Source: Bacteroidota bacterium (GTDB lineage: Bacteria; Bacteroidota; Bacteroidia; Bacteroidales; UBA12481). Taken from it: a stretch of DNA of 64,000 nucleotides. A model generated the notes under the pieces. It saw only the letters and a list, made by a program, of their open reading frames with translations. It ran no database searches and was not told where the DNA came from. Below, one piece after another: positions 48,436 to 58,801 of the stretch; positions within the stretch are counted from its first letter, which is position 1; the number at the start of each line of letters is the position of its first letter. The position numbers and the translations under genes were made by a program. The stretch spans positions 11,518-75,517 of the forward strand of contig JAZDPC010000055.1 in NCBI GenBank assembly GCA_043797975.1, in the 5' to 3' direction.

Positions 48436-48954
48436 ATGCATCAAAGAGTTTTCCTGGAACTGATTGATCCGTTCAAACCCGGTTTGTTCGGATTCGCATA
48501 CCGTATGCTCAGGGACAAGGAAGATGCGAAGGATGCCATGCAGGATCTTATGATGAAACTCTGGAATAACCGGCAAAATTTGGAGAGCAACAATAATATC
48601 CGGACTTATTGCTTCACAACTCTGTATCATGAGTGCGTTGACCGGCTGAGAAAGCGGAACCGGTTCAGGGCTTTTCCGGATGAAGAGATGTTCGAGGTGG
48701 CAGATCAGTCAAGGGTGGATCAGGTTTGTGAAAATGATGATCTTATACGGCAGATCCGGTCAGCCATGGATAGCCTGTCTTACAAACAGAAAGTAATCAT
48801 GGAACTAAGAGATTTTCAGGATTTTGATTATGAAGAAATCGCCCGTATGATGGAGATGACCGTCAACGCGGTGCGGGTCACAGTCACACGAAGCCGTGCA
48901 ACCATATCGGAAAAAATGAAAGAGGAGATTGGCTATGGAACAGGAACATTTTGA
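48436..48954 (+). CDS. ECF RNA polymerase sigma factor
   Basis: DAKDAMQDLMMKLW and YEEIARMMEMTVNAVRVTVTRSR. Confidence 0.9.
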   Translation: MHQRVFLELIDPFKPGLFGFAYRMLRDKEDAKDAMQDLMMKLWNNRQNLESNNNIRTYCFTTLYHECVDRLRKRNRFRAFPDEEMFEVADQSRVDQVCENDDLIRQIRSAMDSLSYKQKVIMELRDFQDFDYEEIARMMEMTVNAVRVTVTRSRATISEKMKEEIGYGTGTF

Positions 48955-49348
48955 CCCTGAATTTCAGCGGATCTACGATCAGTATATCCGGAAAGAAAAG
49001 GAAGAGGCTGCCAATGTTTATTCCGAGATGCTGCCGGAACTGAAACTGCCTGCAAGGCGCATACGCTGGTGGTATCCGGTTGCGGCAGCCGTTCTGATTC
49101 TGGCAACGGGTACTGTTTTAATAACCTCCGATCAGAATCCGTTCAGAACCAAATCAAAATACACCGACGTTGAGGTGAGGGAATCACTTGAAAAAACGAT
49201 CCATGCTTTATCCACCTGCAGCAAAACGGTCAGGGAAGAGTTTAAGCGAATTGAGGATCTCACTGCGATGACCGAAGCCATTAAACCGGGCAGGAAACCG
49301 AATCCCCCGGTCGATCAGAAACACAATACACAAACATCAAATAACTGA
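48935..49348 (+). CDS. Single-TM putative anti-sigma protein
   Basis: Overlaps the sigma gene and has TM WWYPVAAAVLILATGTVLI. Confidence 0.65.
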   Translation: MEQEHFDPEFQRIYDQYIRKEKEEAANVYSEMLPELKLPARRIRWWYPVAAAVLILATGTVLITSDQNPFRTKSKYTDVEVRESLEKTIHALSTCSKTVREEFKRIEDLTAMTEAIKPGRKPNPPVDQKHNTQTSNN

Positions 49349-49353
49349 CACCC

Positions 49354-49977
49354 ATGAAAAAAACAACATTTTTCCTTATCGTGATGATCCTCCTTCCCCT
49401 GGCATTGAATGCCCAGTCCAGGCGAGCCCGTGCGAAAAACCTTGATGAAATCCAGATAAGCACAACCCTCAGTGAACCTGTTGACATTCAGTTAGGCCAG
49501 GAGTATGAGAAGAGGGATCTGGCGAAGCTGATGGAGGAGTACTCCCTAAATCCGGATTACAGTTCTTTTGAGATTAACGAAGAAATGTTCAAGGCTTTCA
49601 GCGAGCTGGATTATGCCGACTCGATCACCAAAGCCTTATTTGAAAAGATCAAGTCGGTCAAAATGATCGAGGTAAGACAAAGTGAAGATTGCGAGGAACA
49701 GGCGGAAATGGATCCGTCATCCGAGGAGACTTTGAATACCGAATTCTATAATTATGTGACGTCTGTCCTGGAATTAAGCGATTACAACACATTGCTTAAA
49801 TCGAGCAACAGCCATTCAGTTACCCTGTTGCTGAAAAAAGAACTTGGGGAGGGTAACAATGAATTTCTTCTGATAACTGACAAGGTACTGATTGATATTC
49901 AGGGCGATATCGTGATCAAGACCATTTACCAGATGCAGGAGATGATGCAGTACGTGCAGCAGATTTTACCTAATTGA
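49354..49977 (+). CDS. Exported DUF4252-like protein
   Basis: Signal peptide, SSFEINEEMFK and LIDIQGDI. This is the usual third gene of this type of Bacteroidota ECF operon. Confidence 0.6.
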   Translation: MKKTTFFLIVMILLPLALNAQSRRARAKNLDEIQISTTLSEPVDIQLGQEYEKRDLAKLMEEYSLNPDYSSFEINEEMFKAFSELDYADSITKALFEKIKSVKMIEVRQSEDCEEQAEMDPSSEETLNTEFYNYVTSVLELSDYNTLLKSSNSHSVTLLLKKELGEGNNEFLLITDKVLIDIQGDIVIKTIYQMQEMMQYVQQILPN

Positions 49978-49978
49978 T

Positions 49979-51277
49979 TTATTCCACAGGTATTTTGAAT
50001 CCCAGCCACCGGCTCAAAGTATCATATATCTTTTGCTGTTCTTCGGCCGGGAATGCCCGTATGCTGCTTCCGTGATGCCCGCCTTTGAGGGTCATGGTGA
50101 GGGCATCGGCAGGACCGGTGATTTTAGTTACGCCGGTTGCGGTCCAGGTATCCAGTTCGCCGTAGATGTAGAGCATGTGATCTCCCTTGTTCTGGACAAA
50201 ATCGTTCAGGAAATGAAGGATTGTCGGGTTGAAAGTTGTATCGAGGCCGTAAGGCAGTAGCGTGAAATCGTAAGTGATCGGCTGAGTATCCTTCATGTAT
50301 TTGCTGAAGGGCTTCACATCATACCCGTAATAGCCCATCTCGGTCATAGCCTGATAATAATGGGGCAGGAACTGTTTCATTCCGGAATCGCTGAACCACA
50401 TCAGGTCGGTAACCGGTACCATGGCATCAAACAGTTCTTTTACGGGGGCCGATGCTCCCGGCAGGTTCATTGGTTTTATTGCACCATACTGCCACAAGGC
50501 AAAAGGATACTCCAGGACGTTCAGGTCATATGCCCGGTCGATACCCATCGGAAAGGTCCAGTTCTTGTTCTTGCAATATTCCTCCACCAGCGGCATCATT
50601 GCCTTTTTCTTCTCAAACAGGATGATCTGGTAATCCTTAACCCGCTGACGCTCTTCGGGAGTACCTACATTATCGAGGAAAGTGAAGATCCGGGGGTCCA
50701 CTTTTTCGCTATTTAGCGGGGCCACATAGGGAATGCTGACATCAATATCATCCGGATAATAGGCTTTGAACATCATCGCAGTCTGGCCGTCTTTGCTGGC
50801 ACCCGTGGAAACCCATTTCCCGTGGTACAAGGTTTTGAATAGTTTTACTATCTCATGATGATCGCTGGCTGCCTGCCAGGTGGTGAGGTATTTCCAATCG
50901 AACGGTTCCGGAACAGATTTTCCGAAATAGCGGTGTTCTACGCGTATCATGTTGGCTTTCAGCAATCCGGCAGGTTCGGAGTATCCCAATCCTTGTGCCT
51001 CATAGCCTGATGTGCTCAGAACCATGGGTTTATCAAAACCGGTATGGCCGATGAACATCCGCTGGGTGAATATCGGTCCTTCAGGATTATTATGATTAAC
51101 AGCCTGGGTAAACTTTATTTCATAAGCTTCGGTAAACTGCCTCCCGTTACGGCAAGGTCCAACCACCTCAATCCCTTTAAGATTCTTTAACGCTTTCAGA
51201 AGAACCGAATCCTGCGCAACTGCAGTTCCGGTAACACATAAGCTAAGTACCAACCAAACAATGAATTGCCTTCTCAT
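49979..51277 (-). CDS. Exported serine aminopeptidase (S37/S28 family)
   Basis: FTQRMF, VEHRYFGKS, QAASDHH, STGASKDG and YIYGELDTW. Confidence 0.85.
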   Translation of the reverse strand: MRRQFIVWLVLSLCVTGTAVAQDSVLLKALKNLKGIEVVGPCRNGRQFTEAYEIKFTQAVNHNNPEGPIFTQRMFIGHTGFDKPMVLSTSGYEAQGLGYSEPAGLLKANMIRVEHRYFGKSVPEPFDWKYLTTWQAASDHHEIVKLFKTLYHGKWVSTGASKDGQTAMMFKAYYPDDIDVSIPYVAPLNSEKVDPRIFTFLDNVGTPEERQRVKDYQIILFEKKKAMMPLVEEYCKNKNWTFPMGIDRAYDLNVLEYPFALWQYGAIKPMNLPGASAPVKELFDAMVPVTDLMWFSDSGMKQFLPHYYQAMTEMGYYGYDVKPFSKYMKDTQPITYDFTLLPYGLDTTFNPTILHFLNDFVQNKGDHMLYIYGELDTWTATGVTKITGPADALTMTLKGGHHGSSIRAFPAEEQQKIYDTLSRWLGFKIPVE

Positions 51278-51381
51278 TCTTTAAGTACGTTTAGTAGTAT
51301 GTAGTGCCAAACGGCAGCTAAAATATGCAATTTCTTGCATACTTCAATAAGCTGTACGGCAGGAAAATAAGATAAAATAAA

Positions 51382-51421
51382 GCTTTCGGGCTTTCGGGCT
51401 TTCGGGCTTACGGGCTTACGG
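51382..51421. repeat. Octamer tandem array (gctttcgg x3, gcttacgg x2)
   Basis: Read directly just downstream of the gltX stop. Confidence 0.85.
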
Positions 51422-51455
51422 AAAAATTAGCACATTGGCACATTTTGGTCACTCA

Positions 51456-53030
51456 TCACTGTTGGATCGACCTCACCGCCCTTTCGATCCGCGCAATCGT
51501 CTCTTCCGGTCCAAGTACCGCCATGATATCGAAAACTCCCGGACCCATCGGAGCGCCCACCAGGCAAAGGCGGAGAACGTTCATCACCTGGCCGACGTTC
51601 AGGTTGTTAGCGGCAATGTGGGCTCTGATTAGAAATTCGTATTCATCCGGCATAAGTTCATTCGGGCTTGCGGACTTGCGGGCCTGGAGTTTACCCCGCG
51701 AAAGCGGGGGGCTTGCGGATTTAAGAATATCTATAATTTCCTTAAGCATTTGAGGGATTTCCGGGGTCCAGCGCTTTTTAACGGTGGCATCATCGTAAGT
51801 GGTGGGGGCTTCGAAGAAATAATAAGCTTGACTCCAGAGTTCTTTCACAAAATCAACCCGATCCTTTACTAAGGATACGATTTTTACGATTTTCTCTTCC
51901 GTAAGCCCGTAAGCCCCTATGCCCGTATGCCCTAAAGTTAGCTCTTCCGCAATCTCCTCATCGCTCTTCCTGAGTATATACTGATGGTTGAACCACCGGG
52001 CCTTTTCGGGGTCGAAGCGGGAGCCTGATTTGCCTACTCTTTCAAGGGTAAAGGCAGCGATGAGTTCCTGCATGGAGTAGATCTCTTTATCGGTACTGTC
52101 GTTCCAGCCCAGCAAGGCCAGGATATTCACGAAGGCTTCGGGGAAGTAGCCTGCTTCACGATAGCCGCTGTAGACTTCATTGGTATCGGGATTGTTCCAG
52201 TTGATCGGAAACACCGGGAAGCCCAGTTTATCACCGTCGCGCTTGCTAAGTTTGCCGTTTCCGCTGGGTTTCAGGATCAGCGGGAGGTGGGCGAATTGCG
52301 GCATGGTGTCGCTCCATCCGAATCCCTTGTACAGCATAACATGCAGCGGCATTGAAGGGAGCCATTCCTCCCCGCGGATTACGTGGGTGATCTCCATCAG
52401 GTGATCATCCACCACGTTGGCCAGGTGGTAGGTCGGCATACCGTCGGATTTAAAAAGAACCTTGTCATCCAGCGTGTTGGTATTAACCCGGACTTCACCA
52501 CGGATCAGGTCATGCATTACGATTTCATGATTCTCCGGCATTCGGAAGCGGATTACAAAGTGCGTTCCGGAATCCAGCAGCCGGTCAACTTCATCAGCCG
52601 ATAAGGTCAGCGAATTTTTAAGTGACTTCCGCGTATGAGTATCATAAGAAAAAGTCTCCTTGCGGCTTTCATATTCTTTCCTGATATTCTCCAGGTCAAT
52701 GGCCTCATCGAAGGCATAGTAGGCCCATCCGTTCTCGAGGAGCTGATCGGCATATTTTTTATACAGATGTTTCCGGTCAGATTGCCTGTAAGGCCCGAAT
52801 TTTCCACCTTCACGGATCCCTTCATCAATTGTGATCCCGCACCATTCGAGCGATTCCATGATATACTCTTCGGCTCCCGGGACAAACCGTCCCTGGTCGG
52901 TATCCTCAATCCGGAGGATCATGGTGCCGTGGCGTTTGCGGGCAAACAGATAATTGAACAGGGCGGTCCGGACACCGCCCATGTGGAGCGGACCTGTAGG
53001 GGATGGGGCAAAGCGGACGCGAACGGACAT
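51456..53030 (-). CDS. gltX: Glutamyl-tRNA synthetase (with two repeat-derived inserts)
   Basis: VRFAPSPTGPLHMGG, RIEDTD and KLSKR. Confidence 0.97.
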   Translation of the reverse strand: MSVRVRFAPSPTGPLHMGGVRTALFNYLFARKRHGTMILRIEDTDQGRFVPGAEEYIMESLEWCGITIDEGIREGGKFGPYRQSDRKHLYKKYADQLLENGWAYYAFDEAIDLENIRKEYESRKETFSYDTHTRKSLKNSLTLSADEVDRLLDSGTHFVIRFRMPENHEIVMHDLIRGEVRVNTNTLDDKVLFKSDGMPTYHLANVVDDHLMEITHVIRGEEWLPSMPLHVMLYKGFGWSDTMPQFAHLPLILKPSGNGKLSKRDGDKLGFPVFPINWNNPDTNEVYSGYREAGYFPEAFVNILALLGWNDSTDKEIYSMQELIAAFTLERVGKSGSRFDPEKARWFNHQYILRKSDEEIAEELTLGHTGIGAYGLTEEKIVKIVSLVKDRVDFVKELWSQAYYFFEAPTTYDDATVKKRWTPEIPQMLKEIIDILKSASPPLSRGKLQARKSASPNELMPDEYEFLIRAHIAANNLNVGQVMNVLRLCLVGAPMGPGVFDIMAVLGPEETIARIERAVRSIQQ

Positions 53031-53074
53031 AACTTAACTTATTACTTGCGCAAAGTTACTGATTAAGGCAGAAG

Positions 53075-54193
53075 TCAGACTCTGAGGAAAATCTTCTTCC
53101 TGTAGAGAAACAGCAAGAACAGCCATTCCACCGCCAGTATCCCGATCCACAGGATCAATTCGCCCCAGTTTTCGCCGGAGACATTGGAGAGGCCGCCGAG
53201 GAAGAATTTACTGACAGAACTGAAATCGAAGATCCGGGCGCCAAGATAGATGGTTATGGAGTTCATTCCGATAACGGAGAAAAAGAACGACCATTTGCGG
53301 AAACGCCATACATCGATGACGAGATAGAAGAGCGACAGCATCAGGCAGGCGATCCCGCCGGCGAGCAGGTTAAAGGTGGTGGTCCAGGCGGCTTTGATAA
53401 TCGGATAAACCGGTTTCAGCAATAATGCTATGATGATGAAGGAGACTCCTGTTACACTTAAAATCAGTAATTTACGATATTCTGTAAAGGTCTTGCTTCG
53501 AAGCAGTTCGCCGGCCAGCGCACCCATGAGGGTAATGCCGGTTGCGGACACGATGCAGAGGAGCCCTTCGGGGTCAAAAACTCCGGTATAGACCCTTCCG
53601 GGAAGCAGCATCCGGTCGATATAGCCGTTGATGCAACCTTCCGGGGTAAGCACGCCGGCGCCTACGCCCGGTACCGGAATGAAATTCTGGATGATCGCAT
53701 AACCGAGGAGAATGCCCCCGAGCCAGATCAGCCTCCACGTATACTTTTTGGTGTACAGAACGATCAGTGAAGCAAACAGGTAGGCCAAACCGATTTGGCC
53801 CAGAACGCTCGCAAAGCGGAAACCTTCTTCACCATATTGAAGGTCAAAGATCCCGTTGTACACAAAACCCAGGACCACAAGTGTCAAGCCCCTGCGGACG
53901 ACCTTCCATGCCATGCGTGACTTGCTTAAGCCACTATGGAGCTTTCCCGGAATGGCATAGGCAGCGGCTACACCGGAAATGAACATGAACAACGGAAAGA
54001 TCAGGTCCTCGAAATGGAAACCGGCCCACGGTACATGGTGCTGCTGCGCGGCAAACCATTCGAGCCAGTTCCATCCGGTAACCTTCGAGAGCGCAATAAA
54101 CAGCTCACCCCCGCCGATGATCCAGAACATATCAAATCCCCTCAATGCATCAAGAGAGAGGAGCCGGTGATCAGTGGATTTTGGTGTTGACAT
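53075..54193 (-). CDS. DUF5009 / HGSNAT-like membrane acyltransferase family protein
   Basis: RLLSLDALRGFDM, DLIFPLFMF, DPEGLL and IGMNSITIY. Confidence 0.85.
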   Translation of the reverse strand: MSTPKSTDHRLLSLDALRGFDMFWIIGGGELFIALSKVTGWNWLEWFAAQQHHVPWAGFHFEDLIFPLFMFISGVAAAYAIPGKLHSGLSKSRMAWKVVRRGLTLVVLGFVYNGIFDLQYGEEGFRFASVLGQIGLAYLFASLIVLYTKKYTWRLIWLGGILLGYAIIQNFIPVPGVGAGVLTPEGCINGYIDRMLLPGRVYTGVFDPEGLLCIVSATGITLMGALAGELLRSKTFTEYRKLLILSVTGVSFIIIALLLKPVYPIIKAAWTTTFNLLAGGIACLMLSLFYLVIDVWRFRKWSFFFSVIGMNSITIYLGARIFDFSSVSKFFLGGLSNVSGENWGELILWIGILAVEWLFLLFLYRKKIFLRV

Positions 54194-54233
54194 GGACTTA
54201 AGGTTAGGTTTAGCCAACTAAGATACGAAAAAA

Positions 54234-54384
54234 GGGCTTACGGGCGATAGGGTGTGAGTGTCTGTGTGGGTGTGGGTGTGAAATACAGAACCCCCTCCCT
54301 GGTTTCAGGGAGGGGGCTGGGGGTGGATACTTTTGCGCATCACGCATCACGCATCATGCATCACGTTTTGCGTCACTCGTCACT
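54234..54384. repeat. Composite stack of octamer, hexamer, palindrome and heptamer repeats
   Basis: gggcttacgggcgata, (gtgtgg)n, cccctccctg-gttt-cagggagggg, (gcatcac)x4 and (cgtcact)x2. Confidence 0.8.
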
Positions 54385-55345
54385 AAATCAGTCCCTTTGC
54401 GTGTTTTTCCCCGATGACCTTGAGCATATCCACGGTCATGGACGAAAGGTCGTATTTCGGATTCCAGCCCCATTCGGCGCGGGCGCAGCTGTCGTCCATC
54501 TTATTGGGCCAGGAATTGGCGATGGCTACTTTCACCGGGTCGGGTTCATAAGTCATGGCAAAATCGGGAATATGCTTTCTGATCTCGGCATAAATGATCT
54601 CGGGATCGAAGCTCATGGAGGTGACGTTGAAGGAGTTCCTGTGCACCAGCCGGGAAGGATCGGCCTCCATGATGTTTATTGCAGCATCCAGGGCATCAGG
54701 CATGTACATCATATCAAGGAAGGTGCCGGCCGGCAGCGGGCAGACAAATTTTTTTGTTTTTATGGCTTCGTAATAGATCTCCACGGCATAATCCGTTGTG
54801 CCGCCGCCCGGAAGGGTATCGTTTGAAATGATGCCCGGGAAGCGAACCCCGCGGGTATCGACGCCGAAACGCTTGAAATAATAATCGCAGAGCAATTCGC
54901 CGGTCACCTTGGTAATACCGTACATGGAACTCGGCCGCTGGATCGTGTCCTGGGGAGTGAAATCAAGCGGAGTGGTGGGCCCGAATGCCCCGATGGAGCT
55001 CGGGAAAAAGACGGCGCAGTTATTTTCACGGGCAACTTCCAGGACATTATACAGCCCGTTTACCCCGATTTTCCACGCGAGCTGGGGATGTTTCTCACCA
55101 ACGGCCGACAGTAAAGCTGCCAGATGATAGATGGTGTCTATATTGTACTTTTTAACCAGGGCGGCTATCTGGCCCGCATCCGTAACGTCCATGGTTTCCA
55201 TCGGCCCGGTCTCGGCCAGGGGGCCGGAGGTGATCACCCGCTTGTCGCTGCCGATCACGTGATTGTTACCGTACCGTTTCCGAAGTTCTATCGTCAGTTC
55301 CGAACCAATCTGACCGCCACATCCGGTTAAAAGTATGTTTTTCAT
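54383..55345 (-). CDS. tdh: SDR-type L-threonine 3-dehydrogenase
   Basis: TGCGGQIG, HLAALLSAVGE, PSSIGAFG, YGITK and PGGGTTDYAV. Divergent from kbl. Confidence 0.9.
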   Translation of the reverse strand: MKNILLTGCGGQIGSELTIELRKRYGNNHVIGSDKRVITSGPLAETGPMETMDVTDAGQIAALVKKYNIDTIYHLAALLSAVGEKHPQLAWKIGVNGLYNVLEVARENNCAVFFPSSIGAFGPTTPLDFTPQDTIQRPSSMYGITKVTGELLCDYYFKRFGVDTRGVRFPGIISNDTLPGGGTTDYAVEIYYEAIKTKKFVCPLPAGTFLDMMYMPDALDAAINIMEADPSRLVHRNSFNVTSMSFDPEIIYAEIRKHIPDFAMTYEPDPVKVAIANSWPNKMDDSCARAEWGWNPKYDLSSMTVDMLKVIGEKHAKGLI

Positions 55346-55537
55346 GGTTAAGTGCTTATAATCAATGACTTACAAAATCTGGATTCATTTTTTAAAAGTA
55401 CAGATTCCGGACAAACATTTCAATTTATCGCTGCCTTATTTAATGATATAAATCAGCAATATTCATGAGATTGAATCCTTTCTATTCATGCGCAAAGTTT
55501 TAATTTTGGCGCCGTAAAAGGAGAGATGTAAAAAGCC

Positions 55538-56728
55538 ATGTATAATAAGTTCCAAAAACATTTGCAGCAGCAATTGAGTGACATTGAAGCGGCAGGGTTA
55601 TTCAAGAATGAGCGGATCCTGGTAACACCGCAGGGACCCAAGATCAAGACTGCTGCCGGTCAGGAGGTTTTGAATTTCTGTGCGAACAACTACCTCGGAT
55701 TCTCCAATCATCCCCGGCTTGTGAAGGCAGCAAAGGAAGCGTTGGACACTCATGGCTACGGGATGTCGTCGGTCCGGTTTATCTGCGGCACCACCGATCT
55801 GCACAAACAACTGGAAAAAAGCATTTCCGATTTCTTCAGTACGGAAGATACTATCCTTTATGCAGCAGCTTTCGATGCAAACGGGGGTGTTTTCGAGCCC
55901 CTGCTCACCGATGAGGATGCCATTATTTCGGATACCCTGAATCACGCTTCGATCATCGATGGGGTAAGGCTTTGCAAAGCCCAGCGGTTCAGATATTCCA
56001 ACGCCGATATGGAGGACCTTGAGGACCAGCTGCAGCAGGCCCAGCCGTGCCGTTACCGGTTAATCGTAACTGACGGGGTTTTCTCAATGGACGGTAACGT
56101 CGCTCCTTTGGATAAGATCAAGGCATTAGCCGAAAAATACGATGCCATGATCCTGGTCGATGAATCGCATTCGGCCGGGGTCATTGGCAAGACAGGCAGG
56201 GGCACTACCGAGTATTTCAATATACGGGGCCAGGTGGAAATCATCACCGGCACGCTTGGAAAATCATTCGGCGGTGCCATCGGCGGATTCACAACCGGTA
56301 AAAAAGAGATCATCGCCATGCTCCGTCAGCGATCAAGACCCTACCTGTTCTCCAACTCCATTCCGCCAATGGTAGCAGCCGCGGGAATTGAGGTTTTTAA
56401 AATCATGAGCGAATCAACGGAATTTCTTGATAATCTGCATAAAAACCGGAGCTATTTTGTAGAACAGATGACGCGTCTCGGCTTTACGATCAAACCGACC
56501 CAATCGGGCATCTGCGCCATTATGTTTGGTGATGCCAAACTCTCCCAGGATGTAGCTTCCCGGTTGCTCGATGAAGGCATCTATGTGATTGGCTTCTATT
56601 TCCCTGTTGTTCCCAAAGGTGAGGCACGCATCCGTGTTCAGCTCAGTGCCGCCCACACCCATGATCAGCTTGTCAGGGTGGTCGCCGCCTTTGAAAAGGT
56701 CGGGCGGGAACTAGGGGTCATTTCGTAA
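55538..56728 (+). CDS. kbl: 2-amino-3-ketobutyrate CoA ligase (glycine C-acetyltransferase)
   Basis: FCANNYLG, SSVRFICGT, NHASIIDG, DESH, TLGKS (PLP Lys), RQRSRPYLFS and ARIRVQ. Confidence 0.95.
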   Translation: MYNKFQKHLQQQLSDIEAAGLFKNERILVTPQGPKIKTAAGQEVLNFCANNYLGFSNHPRLVKAAKEALDTHGYGMSSVRFICGTTDLHKQLEKSISDFFSTEDTILYAAAFDANGGVFEPLLTDEDAIISDTLNHASIIDGVRLCKAQRFRYSNADMEDLEDQLQQAQPCRYRLIVTDGVFSMDGNVAPLDKIKALAEKYDAMILVDESHSAGVIGKTGRGTTEYFNIRGQVEIITGTLGKSFGGAIGGFTTGKKEIIAMLRQRSRPYLFSNSIPPMVAAAGIEVFKIMSESTEFLDNLHKNRSYFVEQMTRLGFTIKPTQSGICAIMFGDAKLSQDVASRLLDEGIYVIGFYFPVVPKGEARIRVQLSAAHTHDQLVRVVAAFEKVGRELGVIS

Positions 56729-56820
56729 ACTTTTAACTGAGACGCATAATCATGCGTGTGTGCATAGTTTGTTATCTAAAAACGGGTATATTTGGGTACT
56801 AACCGTTTATTAACCTATCT

Positions 56821-58524
56821 ATGCATGCATTCAAATCCTATGAGGAGAGGATAAAGAATTTCTCGTGGGCTGAAGCCGGGCGTGAGCTTGGCTACAACCC
56901 TGGTGATGTGATCAACATTGGCTGGTACTGTTCCGATCGGATCTGCCAGCTTGGAAAATCTGAAAAAACAGCTTTAATCTGGGAAGGCAGAGGAGACGAA
57001 GTCAGGCGGTACTCCTATAATGACATCCGCCTGTTAAGCAACACGATCGGAGCTTTTCTAAAGGGACTCGGTATTACCGATGGCGACCGCGTTTGCCTGT
57101 TCATGGACAAGGTGCCGGAGCTGTATATCGGCCTGGTGGGAATCCTGAAGATCGGGGCCATTGCGCAGCCGCTTTTTTCTGCCTTCGGCGACGAATCGCT
57201 CTTTATCAGGCTGGAAAATGCCGGTACCCGTGCAATCATCACTCAACGCAAGCACGCGTCGAAAATCCAGAAGATTCTCGATCAGCTTCCAAACCTGGAG
57301 TTTATCATTGTGGTGGATGATGACGGGAAGAAGCCTCCGAGGCCGAAAGAGGTCCTGTTCCACCTGGATCAGGCAGAGCGGGTTGAACAGATAGATATTT
57401 TCCCCTCAAAAGCCGAAACCCCGTCGATCCTGCACTACACATCCGGTACCACCGGTCAGCCGAAGGGGGTTAAGCATGTACATTCCAGCCTGATATCACA
57501 ATATATAACTGCCAAATGGGTGCTTGACCTCCGGGATGACGATATATACTGGTGCACGGCCGACCCTGGCTGGGTAACCGGTACTTCCTACGGGATCATT
57601 GCCCCCTTTGCGATGGGGATTACCCAGTGTGTGATGGACATCGGATTTTCTGCGGAAGCCTGGTACCGGTTCATTGAAAAGCACCGGGTTACCATGTGGT
57701 ATTCTGCACCGACTGCTATCCGGTCGCTGATGAAAGCCGGCGATGAGATCGTCAGGCAGTTCGATCTGTCGAGCCTCAGGTATCTGGCAAGCGTAGGCGA
57801 GCCATTGAATGCAGAGGCCGTGGTATGGTCGGACCGGATGTTTGGAAAACCATTTTACGACACTTACTGGCAAACCGAAACCGGGTCTATCATGATCAGC
57901 AATTTCCCGGGAATGAAAGTGAAGCCGGGCTCCATGGGAAGGCCGTTCCCCGGGCTTACCGCTGCTATCCTGGATCCGGACACGTTTGAGCCGATCCATG
58001 AAGTCAATAAACCGGGCCTGATCGCTTTCCGGTACGACTGGCCCGCACGGATGCGGACCTATTGGAACAATGAAGAGACCTTCCTGAAGAAATTCAGAAA
58101 CGGGTGGTATCTCACGGGTGACCGTTCGACCATTGACCAGGACGGATACTACTGGTTTATCGGTCGCGACGATGATGTGATCAACACCGGGGGGCACCTG
58201 GTGAGTCCGTTCGAAGTGGAATCCGCCCTGCTGGAGCATCCGGCCGTGGCGGAATCCGCCGTGGTGGCTAAACCCGATCAGGTGAACATGGAGGTGGTAA
58301 AAGCTTTCGTCACACTGAATCCCGGTTTTAAACCTGATGATGAGCTCGAGCTCGATATCATGAATTTCATCCGGAAGAAGCTCTCCCCACTGGCCATGCC
58401 GCAGGAGATCGAATACATGGACCAACTTCCGAAAACCCGCAGCGGCAAGATCATGCGCCGGGTGCTGCATGCCCAGGAATGGGGAGAAGAGATCGGCGAT
58501 ATATCAACTTTGGAAAACGATTAA
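56821..58524 (+). CDS. Acetate-CoA ligase-like AMP-forming enzyme (AcsA type)
   Basis: YTSGTTGQPKG, WCTADPGWVTG, SVGEPLN, DTYWQTETG and LPKTRSGKIMRR. Confidence 0.85.
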   Translation: MHAFKSYEERIKNFSWAEAGRELGYNPGDVINIGWYCSDRICQLGKSEKTALIWEGRGDEVRRYSYNDIRLLSNTIGAFLKGLGITDGDRVCLFMDKVPELYIGLVGILKIGAIAQPLFSAFGDESLFIRLENAGTRAIITQRKHASKIQKILDQLPNLEFIIVVDDDGKKPPRPKEVLFHLDQAERVEQIDIFPSKAETPSILHYTSGTTGQPKGVKHVHSSLISQYITAKWVLDLRDDDIYWCTADPGWVTGTSYGIIAPFAMGITQCVMDIGFSAEAWYRFIEKHRVTMWYSAPTAIRSLMKAGDEIVRQFDLSSLRYLASVGEPLNAEAVVWSDRMFGKPFYDTYWQTETGSIMISNFPGMKVKPGSMGRPFPGLTAAILDPDTFEPIHEVNKPGLIAFRYDWPARMRTYWNNEETFLKKFRNGWYLTGDRSTIDQDGYYWFIGRDDDVINTGGHLVSPFEVESALLEHPAVAESAVVAKPDQVNMEVVKAFVTLNPGFKPDDELELDIMNFIRKKLSPLAMPQEIEYMDQLPKTRSGKIMRRVLHAQEWGEEIGDISTLEND

Positions 58525-58543
58525 TATCTAAATCAGAATAATA

Positions 58544-58792
58544 ATGCCAGAAATTAATGAATTGAAAGAGGTGATCCTCAAATACGTTATCAATGAATAC
58601 GCTGAAGAGGATTACAATTTGACCTACGACTCTCCGCTGATTTCCAGTGGATTGATTGACTCCTTCTCGATGGTTTCCCTCAAGCGGTTCCTTGAGGTGA
58701 AATATAAGATCTCGATACCTGACGACAAAGCCACTCCGGAGGCTTTTGACAATGTCAGCAAGATTGCCAGCCTGGTGACGAATTACTTATAA
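58544..58792 (+). CDS. Stand-alone acyl/aminoacyl carrier protein
   Basis: 82 aa, acidic, with SGLIDSFSMV (phosphopantetheine Ser) and a DltC/PCP-like layout. Confidence 0.85.
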   Translation: MPEINELKEVILKYVINEYAEEDYNLTYDSPLISSGLIDSFSMVSLKRFLEVKYKISIPDDKATPEAFDNVSKIASLVTNYL

Positions 58793-58801
58793 AAACCACC
58801 T

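Noticed and set aside
55349..55373. IHF-consensus-like taagtgcttataatcaatgactta between tdh and kbl, as another att site
   Set aside because: It lacks the TGCCAA repeats, the flanking palindrome and the tRNA fragment. It is more likely a regulatory site or chance.
57496..58470. Long antisense ORFs (57496-58470, 6389-7057, 36690-37349, 31715-32359 and others in the track)
   Set aside because: They are shadows of well-supported genes on the opposite strand and have no recognisable motifs.
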